A stretch of 64,000 nt of DNA. Source: Yuukianura sp. NJ FZ-2021. Its lineage: Eukaryota. Both the position numbers and the translations under genes were made by a program. The DNA lies in contig CM102290.1 in the NCBI GenBank assembly GCA_046563655.1, positions 558,001 to 622,000 on the forward strand, read 5' to 3'. The notes under the pieces were generated by a model, which saw only the letters and a program-made list of their open reading frames with translations, did no database searches and was not told where the DNA came from. Numbering within the stretch: the first letter of the stretch is position 1; each line of letters opens with the position of its first letter. Positions 25,801 through 36,058 of this stretch are shown in pieces.

Positions 25801-28800
25801 TTTCTGAAACAGCAAAAAGTCCAAGATCAACGACAGTTTCCAGGAAGGTCAAAGGTCACAATTTCCAAAGTCAAAAGTTAAAGTGAAAAATCAAATTAAA
25901 AGCAAAACGTCAACAATCGGATCTTCAGATCTCAAATTGTAGAAGTGGAAGTGTCAAATTTCTAAAGTGAAAGCAAAACTACAAATTTTAGAATCTTGCT
26001 CCAAATTGAAATTCGGTTGAATTTCAGAGGTCAGAGGTCAAATTCGAAAGGTCAAAGGTTACCAGTCTGTCCAAAGTATGCTGCGATGTGTAGACCAGTG
26101 AGGCCCAACTTTCTGCTGCTAAGGCTAATGGCGTCAGTCTCAGAGTTGCGCAGAGAGTCAATCACATTTGTATGCCCGTTTTTACTTGCGAGGTGAATCG
26201 CTGCATATCCCGCCTAAAATAGTTTCAAAATCTTAAAACTTTTTTTCAAAATTTTGACAAATTGCGCTTTTTTTACTCGGTTTTCATCAGTAGCTGAAGC
26301 TCCCGCTTCCAGCAGAGCTTTGACTAGTTCAGCATGTCCGCCTTCCGCTGCCAATTGCAGCGCAGTCGCATCTGTACTCCGATTTCTAGCTGAAATGACT
26401 CCTTGCTTGTCAAATTTCATGAGTTCCTCTAATACTGACACTGAACCTTGCATTGCCGCCAAGTGAGCACAGGTACTTCCATCCTAAATTTTAAAAAAAA
26501 ATGATTTTTTTTTCAAAATTTTGAAAAAGTTCGAAATTTGGAGTTACTTTAGTAGCACTGGAGACAAGTGCTGGTTGACTCTTGAGAAATAGTTTGATGA
26601 CATCTCCATGGTTGTTTTGTGCCGCCAAGTGAATCGGTCTTTGGCCTTTTTCGTCGGTAGCGTCCGGATTCGCTCGGAGACCGAGCAGCAGCCGACACAC
26701 TTCGAGCTGACCCGTCTCAGCTGCTAGGTGTAGTGGAGTTTGCTTTTTCTAAAAAAAAATACAATTTCAAAATTTCAAAACAATTTCTTAAAAATTTTAC
26801 AAAATTTCTTACCAGAGTGACGACGTCGACGTAAGCGTTATGTTCTTGGATAAGAAAAAGACACAGTTTGGTGTAGCCCTTCATCGCTGCCATATGCAGA
26901 GCAGTAAACCCTATTCGAGACTTGGCGTTGATGAACGCCTTGTGCTTTAGCAGCATTCCACAAACTTGCTAAAAATTTTCAAAATTTCAAAAAAATTAAA
27001 ATTTTGAAAATTTTGAAACACCAAAAGCCTACCTGGTAGCCGTGTTCTGCCGCTAGATGCAGGGCCGTCCTTCCATCATTGTCAAACACATCAACTCGTG
27101 CATTATTTTCCAGCAGCGTTCGTACGACCTCCGTATGACCTTTGTGTAGCAGGTGAAATGGTCAAAATAATTTGATCAAAAAGTGAAAAGGTGAAAAAGT
27201 GACAAGGTCAAAAAGTGAAAATGTCAACAATTACAAATACAGGCTAGGTTTTCTCAAGTTTGATCATCTTACTTTTGACCTTTTTACTTTTTGACCAAAT
27301 TGTTTTTGACCGTATTACATAAAACTGACCTTTGTGACACGCGATGAGTAGAGGTGACCACCCATTGGCCGATTGCTTGTTCAATGCCCGTTGACATTCC
27401 ACTGGAGTCATGCGCGTCAACATTTCTGTCAAAATGTCGTTGTTTCCCTCTCTAGCACAGTAGTGAAACACAGTTTCATGGGTCTACAAAAATACCGTAA
27501 AATTTCCAAAAAGTGGTTCAGGCACTTATGCATCCATTGAATACTGGAGGGTCCGATTTGAACTTTTAAGGTAAAATTAATTCAAAGTTTTTTACGTCTT
27601 TTGTTTGCTGATAGACCGATGCACCACCGTTGAGTAAAAGTTGTGCAATTTCCCGCGCAGCCTCATGCAGATTCCTATTGGTGGATGACATTTCACTGTG
27701 TTTGGAAGCGTAGTGCAGGGCCGTCTCGCCCTTGTTTGTGGGCGTGTTGATGTACAACCCAACGTCAGTCTCTCCACGCTCTCGTGAAATGTACTGTAAA
27801 AGCTCCTTTACAACCCGCAAGTGACCGAAACGACAAGCAAGATGAAGTGGAGTTTCACCATCCTGCAGAAAAGTAATTCAATTATTTTTTTTACTGATTC
27901 AATAATTTAATTAATTAATATACTATTATTAGAGTTATAAATAATTGCTAATACAGTATATTAATTAATTATATATTATATTTATAAATTATATAATAAT
28001 GTATGCATATATTATAATATTAATTGTATATTATATTTTTCTATTCTTTAATTTACAGTTACTTACCTTGGATTTGAACATCGGGTTTGCACCGTCATTG
28101 AGCAGAAGTCGAATAATTCGGAGGCGACCCACACGAGCGGCGACATCTACAGGAATTGGGGAAATTATTGGAACAATTACGGTAAAAGTTTGGAATTTTT
28201 TTTAAAAATTAAGTTGAAATTTTCAAAATTCTGAAATTGAACTTACGAAGAGGCGTTTCCCCGTTTTCCATTGTAATGTTAGGATCAGCACCGGATTTGA
28301 GAAGCATTTGGGCACACTTGTCCCCTTCGTTGACTCGGGCAGCAATGTGCAACGGAGTTTCTTGTGCTCTGCCGCCTTTTAAAAAAAATCAAAAATTTTA
28401 AAAATTTTACTTAAAATTTGTTAAAAAGTTAAGTAAGTGCTAAAATACTGCTGTGCTTTACCTTTGATGTGGACTTGTGCACCATATCCAAGAAGAGTTT
28501 CTACAACGCCTGGTCGTCCTGACTCAACGGCAATGTGCAACGCAGTGTAGTTGTCCTAAATTTGTTAATTTGTATAATTCAAACAATTAATATAATTAAA
28601 ACTTTAAATTATTTTAATTAATATCTAAGTTTACGTTAGTGGTAGCGTCCACTTTCTCTCCTTTCTCCAGCAATTTGCTGATCATGGCAGCATGGCCGTG
28701 GCGAGCCGCAATGTGCAAGCTCCTGGCTCCTCCCTTCAAAGGTCAAAGGGTAATTACTAATTACTTTAGTATTTTGGAGTAATTACTAAGTAATTAGCAA

Positions 28801-31800
28801 GTAATTACTCTATTTGGCATCTGAAGTGGCACACCCTTCCGGAACAGGGCCATTGCAGTGTCAGGATGGCCATGCAGGGAAGCAATGTGCATCAGCGTAC
28901 TTCCGTCCTTGGTTCGTTCAAAAACTGACACTTTGAATTTTTCAGCCAAAAGTTCAATAATAGCGGTATGTCCATGCTGAGCAGCAATGTGAATTGGAGT
29001 TCGATCTAGAAAAAATGTATTCAAAATTTGAACAAAAAAATTCAATTTCAAAAACTAAAATTTTCAAATTCAAACCTTGCTTGTCTGAAATATTTGGATT
29101 TGCTTTACAAAGGTAAAAGAATTTCAAAAGATTTTCTTCTCCTTCAGCGGCGGCGATGTCTGAAAAAAAATTATATTTTTTCTTCTTTTTTTGTCAAAAA
29201 TTTCTGCAAGATTTGCTTTCTTTGTCAAAAAAAAAATTTTTTTTTTAATTTTCTTACGCATTGGGGTTTGTCCATCTCCCTGAAATTTTTGTGACATTTT
29301 AAAAATTTTATAAAAAAAAGAAGTTAATTTTTAATTTAATTTTAATTTAATTTTTTTATAATTATATAAAAAATTTTAAAATTTCAGTTTTAAAAAATTA
29401 CATTTTTGGCATCAACATTGGCTCCTGAATCTACGAAAATTCTGGCAGTTTCCAAATCTCTTTTTCGGATGGCGAGGTGCAGGGCCGTATCACTGCGTGG
29501 TCCGGCCTTGGCACGCATCTGCTCATGCGCAAGATGAGACAACAGTTCTTGACATGCTCCTCGCGTGCCCGTTGTCAAGGCAATGAACAATGGAATATTT
29601 CCGTCTCCATCTTTGACTAGACGGGCGTCTTTCGGCAAAGCTCCAAGCAGAACTTTGATTATGTTGGTGGCATTCCCACTTGGTCTAGTACATGCCAAGT
29701 GCAGAGCCGTCTGCTTCTTACCCTATTTCAAAATTCAATTTCCAAATTTCAAAATTTTCAAAACCAAAATTTTGAACTTTTTGAATTTTTCATACCTGTG
29801 TTACAGCAGTAGCATCAGCCTTCTTAGCCAACAGAAAACGAACAGTCTCATCTCTCCCGAATAAAGCAGCAAGATGCAAAGGAGTGAAAGTCTCCTACAA
29901 AGAAAATTCAAAATTTCGAACATTATTTTTCAAAATTTTCAAAAAATTTAAAAAATCTATTTAGTTTTTCATGTCAACACGAATAGATACCAAACCTGAA
30001 AAATTCGTTTTTGAAAATTGCCGAGAACTTAGCCGAGAACACAATAATTTTAAATATAATATTAATTTTAAATTAGATTACCTAACTGAGGTGTAATAAC
30101 CTGCTAATGCAGGAAACTTTCAGAATAAATTGAAATTGAAATTGAAAATTGACCTTACGTTTTTTTAATTGTTTTCTCAGAATTCGTTGTTTTTGAAAAA
30201 TGTGAACTTTTTCACATCATTTCGGAGAAGTCCGCGTGTGTTTGAAAACGGAAATTTTTGAAAATGGATCATTAAATGAAGAATGGCGTGCTGCATTGAT
30301 TTGGAAAAGGAAATTAACAACTCTTCGTTCCATTTCCAATGACACATTTTTCTAACTAAACAAAAGTTAATTGGAGATTAACAAATCAATTAAATAAGTT
30401 TAGGTTAACATGTAGTCCATGACTAAAAGTAATTCCATTGATTTTAGACTTTTCCCTCCTTTGTCTTCATCTTATGCTTGGATTTTTATGCTTTTCATCA
30501 TTCTTTTTTAGAAAGTAGCGTGCTAGAAACAGTAAAGAAATTTCTAACGATTTTGAGATGACCTCATTCGATACAACTTTCAACCAAAGCTCTAACTCTC
30601 CCCTCCTGTCATGTGACCATAAAGGTTGGTCATTGTCTTGACCTAGGTCACACCACTTACTTAAAGTCCTTATATACTCAGTTTCACACCTCATACATCA
30701 CTGTTAAACTAAAGGTGTGAAAAGTTAATTAACTAATTTTAGTTAATTACAACTAATTTTAGATAATTACAACTAATGTGGCGTCTGTTAGCAGCCCCAC
30801 AGCCAACCCCCAAAGATATTTAGCCTTCCGATTCTATTGCTTCTGATTGGAGTCTGATAGCTCAATGGTTAGAGCTCTTCTAGGATTGAAGCGATTAGGG
30901 TTCGAGTCAAACTCGGTTCATATTTTTTTCTTCACTGTCATTCTTGAGCCATTTTGACCCGTGGGCCCCCTTAAACTACACACTAACGATAAGTTCTTCT
31001 TACCTTATTGCAGGCATTTACATCACAGCCGAGTTCAATCATGCGTTCAGCCAGAGGCACACGATTGTCTTTTACAGCGAACATCAACGGAGTCCAGCCA
31101 GTTTCCTGGAAGAAGGAAAAAATTTTGAAAATTTTAAATTTTAAAATTTCAAAGTTTTTGTGGATCCAAATCAATTTTTTTTACAGTGTGGAACACTAAA
31201 GTGGAGAAAGTGGAAAATAAGTATAAAATTTGAGGCAGTAAAATTTTATGGAAAATTAGGACAATTTCGTTTTATGAGGAGAAGGATGTGAAATATTTTT
31301 GAAATGTTGTTTTTTGAAAAATATGATTCTTTTTTTTTTTTGCAAAATTTTTGATTTTTCTTTTAAACTTTTTTACCTCGTCAGCGATTCCAGCGAGTGG
31401 CTTGAACTCTTCATGTGGCCCAACGTAAAAGCTCTTCTCAAGGTACCTCAGATTCTGTTCCACTGCATGCCAGTCTGACTTCTGACAAAGGGTCAGGACC
31501 CTTAAGGCCAATTCTTTTACTTTCTCTTTTTCCAGCTCATCTATCCTGTCGAGGGCAGGGCCAGTGTCAAGGGTCACTCCTTGGGGGTCCCTTTTCAAAT
31601 CTCCAGCAACAGAAACCCCCGTCGAAGGGTCCCCATGACCACCCACTGGAGGGCCCTTCTTCTTCTCCCCCTCACCACCCACCTTCTTCTCACCGTGCCC
31701 TTCAGCCGTCCCCTTTTTCTTGTCAGGGAGCCCTTCAGCCGCCACCTTTTTCTTTTCAGGGAGCCCTTCACCCGCCCCCTTCTTCTTGCCCTCAGGCGGG

Positions 31801-33562
31801 TGGGGACCAGTTGAAGGTTCAGGAGGGCCCTTAGAAGGTCCTTGACGAGCAGGACTCGGGCTTTTCCGACCATCCGGAGACTTGGATCTATCACTTTTTC
31901 TGGAAGGGCCACCAGAACCTACGGATAACAGATCATCACTTTTGAGCGGCACGGAGGTCACTTTTCCCTTTGCACCTTGACGTGTCGAACCCGGCGTTTC
32001 AACTTTTTTACGAACTTCGTCCACTTTTTTGGAAATGTCTTCCACTTTTTTGGAAATGTCGTCTACTTTTTTTAAACTTTCACCACCCCTTTTTGTCGTC
32101 GAAAGTACTTCTTCTGGCACTGTTGGCATTAAGGGGAGTTTCGCTGGAGATTTGGGTACTTTTGGTGAAGGCGCCACAGAAAGTGAGGGCCCCTTTTTGT
32201 CAGAATCGACGGACGGCCCTGAAGGGCTCGGTTTGTCTTTAGATGAAGGATCACTTGATGTCTGCTTTGTCTTGACACTTTGTCGCGGTGTCCTTGGAGT
32301 CCCCCGGGGGGCACTTCCGTCAGGTCCGAATCCAGCAAGGTCACTTGGCACTGCAGGAGTCTACCGGGTTCGAAATTATTACTTAGCCCTCGTCACACAA
32401 CCAATATTCGAACAAAAAATATCCGATTCTCAACAAGGTTCCTTGACAAAAAAGAATTAATTTTCTTTAGCAGGTTGGGCACGACCTCGCTTGTTGATAA
32501 AAAAAAACAAAACAAAAAGAATTGTACCAATTCGTATACAAAATTTAAAAACTTCGGCTGTATTGTTATGACTACGATGCCCTGAAATCAAAAGACATTT
32601 TTCTTTTTGCAAAATCAAAAAAAAACATGAGGTACTACCCAACCTGTTAAACAAAATCAAACTCAACAAACCTTGGATTTTCAAAAATCCCATTTTTTTT
32701 CGACATTTTGAAGAAAAAAAAATTCAGCGTGTGTCTAAATTTTTTCAACCGGGCTTTTTTAAAAAATGGATGAACTAAATAGCACAACGAGGTTAAAATA
32801 AATTCAAACCCGATGGAGCCCTTTGGAGACTGCAGACGCAGTTTTTCCAGCCTTCTTGTCCACAGAAGCTCTTGATAAGGGGCGGGGGGACTTTGCCTCT
32901 AAGGGACGTTGGGACTTTGCCTCAAAGGGACGGGGGGACTTTACCCCGAGGGGACTTGCCGACTTTGTCCCAAGGTCACTCAACTTTGACACTGATTTGG
33001 ACTTCCTTCGGTCCATTCTGGAAGCTACTCTTTGGAACGGCACTTGGGGGGTGGTGGGGGTTGCGGAACTGGTGACGTCACCACCCACTTCCGTGAGGTT
33101 CTCCATTGACCGACTGCCTTGTCGCGGCATTTGACCTCCACGTGACCTCTCCTGCTCTGCTTGACCTTTGACCCCTCCTAGGAACTTGTCTACTTTAGTT
33201 TTTACGAGGTCAGAAGATGCTCTGGCTTTGAGGTCAGGCGGTTTCTTGCGTTTGTTTCCTCTGCGCCTGATGTTCACTGAAGATGGACCAGGAGTAGCGT
33301 CGGGGTCAAAGTCCAGTTCAGCGATATTGGGCACAGGGACCCTTGGCGGGAGGACTTGAAGCTCCTCCTCCTCGTGGGTGAAGGGGTCAGGAGGTTGGAG
33401 GGGAGGGGGACTTGGAGGGGCAGGGGGGACTGTAGACAGCTCATCGTAGAAAACCTGGTCACTTAACTCTGATAGGAATTTGAGTGAGGCACGAGAACTG
33501 CTCAGGAACGGGGACTCAGGAACTGGAATTTTGGATTTCGGAAAATTTAGTGGAGAATCCAT
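22814..33562 (-). CDS. nompC: NompC/TRPN1 mechanosensitive TRP channel with a long ankyrin-repeat array (about 29 by my count), six TM segments and a TRP domain
   Basis: Ankyrin exons include ETGWTPLMFAVKDNR and DRTPIHIAAQHGHTAIIELLAEKFKVSVFERTKDGSTLMHIASLHGH. TM region FGPWAIIIGNLMKDLARFLAVL. Pore/S6/TRP box LINLLIAMMSDTYQRIQAQSDIEWKFG. C-terminal RIETVADW motif, stop at 22814-22816. Exon 1 (33562-32810) joins exon 2 (32360-31377) in phase 0 through a GTTTGA donor. That join is less certain than the rest of the model. Confidence 0.93.
23776..23870 (-). mobile_element. tRNA-derived SINE-like element (nompC intron)
   Basis: Minus strand reads GAGTTTCATAGCTCAAGGGTCAGAGC (A box) ... GGGTTCGAATCCCACCTGG (B box), followed by a non-tRNA tail shared with 30850-30944. 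The acceptor and anticodon stems do not pair. Confidence 0.7.
27140..27329 (-). mobile_element. Introner-like element: nompC intron consisting of a ~179-bp TIR element plus one copy of an 11-bp direct repeat
   Basis: TGACCTTTGTG occurs at 27136-27146 and 27326-27336. On the minus strand it reads CACAAAG|GTCA at both the donor and the acceptor. The interior has ~40-bp degenerate inverted repeats (GGTCAAAA..AATTTG(A/G)TCAAAAAGT(A/G)AAAAGGT). Confidence 0.75.
30850..30944 (+). mobile_element. tRNA-derived SINE-like element, second copy (nompC intron)
   Basis: GAGTCTGATAGCTCAATGGTTAGAGC...GGGTTCGAGTC, then GGTTCATATTTTTTTCTTCACTGTCATTCT, similar to the tail of 23776-23870. Confidence 0.7.
32434..32675. 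mobile_element. CAAGG-MITE family A copy (nompC intron)
   Basis: CAAGGTT...AACCTTG termini. Flanking 9-bp repeat GATTCTCAA / GATTTTCAA. Confidence 0.88.
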
Positions 33563-35352
33563 TGTTGTTTTTTCAAAAAACGAAACTTTTGAAAAACTTT
33601 TTCGAAAAAGTGATTTTGTGACACACTAAACCTCTGAGTCCGAACTCGACGGTTATTGAGGACGCAGGACTGTTTTGGATTTTGGTCGAGTCGGACTGAG
33701 GTTTGAAGATGAAGTGATTGTGTGACCCATTAAGAACAGCAAAGAAACTTTTTCGAAATTGTGAACCTTCGTTTTTTGCTAAAATTTTGAAAGTGCCCTG
33801 CGCCTTGGCTCACTTCCCTTTTTAGAAGTCATGCCAAGAAGTGAAATGAGGACCGTGAAGTGGGCCACATAGCCTCACTTTGACTTGATCCCACTTTAGT
33901 AAGCCCTTAAGATGACGAATCCACTGGAAGTGTGGCTCAGGCCATGCATCACTCAGTCACAATAGCCTAACGAATGCTAAAAAGTGGAACTCTGTCAAGA
34001 AGCTAATGCACTCCGAACCCTCCAGAATGGATCTCAGGCGAAGGCAACTTCCGCTCTCAAGCTATACAACTTTCACCGAGAGTGAATCGAACCCCCGCCT
34101 CCTTTAGTTCGCAACCAACAATAAGACCACACAGCTACACTCAACATTCCGTTTTACTTCGAAAGTCACACAAAACAAAAACGATTTCTTGGAATATTGA
34201 GTCTCCACATCATCAGGAGGTCACGATTGACATTTATGCTCATGAAAACGTAAATTCTTTTTGGTCATTATAACACAGTTGAAAAGAAACTTTTTTGTCT
34301 AAGTCTCAGGAATACCTAAAATTTATTTTTTCTCCAAACCCACTTAAAACTCATTTTGCACCGTGAAACGATAAAAAGTTGTTTTTTTTTTAATTTTAAA
34401 ACTGGACCAGAAAATTTTTCGGATCACGTAGAAAACTTTTTTTTTTGTCTTTCTTAGCTTTTTTTTTTCACGTTTTACGACGTTTCAGCTCATTTTCAAT
34501 CGTTTTCCTCACAATTTTTTTTGGTGGACACCAATTGTTTTGGTCATGACCATGTTGAGAGACTGGTGACAACTCAAGTGTCTTGGACCATGTTCCATGT
34601 CAATGGCATCGTCTGATGGTTTTGGAATGTTTTAGTGCGAAGAATTGTAAGGGTGGAGAAATGTGGGAAGTGCCACGCACGATTTGGCACTCTTTGGTCC
34701 ACTTCTGCTTTCCCCACTTTCTCCTTACGGGAAGTCTGGGAGGAATGAATGGTTGTTTTGCATGTTGGCACCCTCCCCAGTTCAAAGTTTCACAACTCTT
34801 AAAACAGTACACACCAACCATCGTTCCAATTGCATTGCCCCCGAGGGGGTGGGGGGAGGGGGATGGGTCAACTTAAGAAAGTCATAATTCCCATGCACAC
34901 ACACAGCAAATGGACAAAACAAACGCAAAAACCCCAACTTTCCCTCATTTCTTGGCAGAGCCGTTGACCCACTTTCAAATTTTTTATAAACTCCCGCCTG
35001 CTCCAGAAGTTCCAAATTTAAAACTCCGACGTAAAATGGAAACAGTGTTGGAAAAAAATACCGTAGAGGTCAAAGGTCAAAGTTCAACAGGTGACCTACA
35101 GCACAGTTCAAAGGCATAACGTCCAAAGTGTCTAAAATTTGAAATTTTTCAAGGCAATCGGTCGTCTCAAAAAATTTTCAAATTCTTCTTGAAAAAAAAA
35201 ATCGTTTTTGGTCTGAACCCAAATTAAAATTTCACACTGAAATGCAGGCAGCGGAGAAATGGCAAATTTGACTTCAATTTTTTTTTCTCGAAAAACAAAA
35301 CAGTTTTTTTTGTCTTTAAAAAAGAAAATTGGTATTATTAGTAGATGGCGAC

Positions 35353-35593
35353 CAAGATTGCTATAGCGACCATTTATACAAATGGCGTTAAGAGGTTATG
35401 TCATAACTCCAATTCAAAAAAACAAACAAGAAAAAACAACTTTTGGACCAATTTTGGACCAATCCCATTTACTTTACATGGTGCGAGGTCAACAAAATCG
35501 TAGAAAATTTCAAAACAAACAATTTATGACATAAACAAGTTATGACATAACCTCTTAACGCCATTTGTATAAATGGTCGCTATAGCAATCTTG
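35353..35593. mobile_element. Young 241-bp MITE with perfect 56-bp TIRs and a perfect 9-bp TSD
   Basis: CAAGATTGCTATAGCGACCATTTATACAAATGGCGTTAAGAGGTTATGTCATAACT at 35353-35408 and its exact reverse complement at 35538-35593. GATGGCGAC lies on both sides. Confidence 0.93.
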
Positions 35594-36058
35594 GATGGCG
35601 ACATTGAACAAAACTTTTTTAGCCAGTAGCACCTCGAACCAATCCACTCGTTTTCTTTATTTTTTTGAATTTCTGAGCCAAGCCAACCAGTTTGTCTTTT
35701 GTCACTACAAAGGAAGCAAGTGAGTAGAAAAATGTCTAATCCTACAAATCTAGGCTTCAATGGTCACATTGGAATGACGTCAATCCAGCTCATTTCCCTA
35801 CACTCCAATACAAGTACTTTTATAGCAACTAATTTACCAATATAGGACAAAAACTAAACTAAAACTCAAATTTCAACTGTTGAAGTTAACTAAACTTGGG
35901 TGTACGGTAACTAAAGTTAATCAAAACTGAGTTGGCTGGTCAGGAATTCCTTAATATAATATGTATGGATGCTCTTATAACTTTTGTAGAGATACGTGGC
36001 AGGTTATGTCATGGGTCATTGATTGGCTGCGAGTAACTTAAGTGGTCCACTTGTCAAA

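Noticed and set aside
31415..33359. Several antisense or alternate-frame ORFs over the nompC 5' exons (and over mam and ARAP exons)
   Set aside because: Shadow ORFs of GC-rich coding exons, with no recognisable homology.
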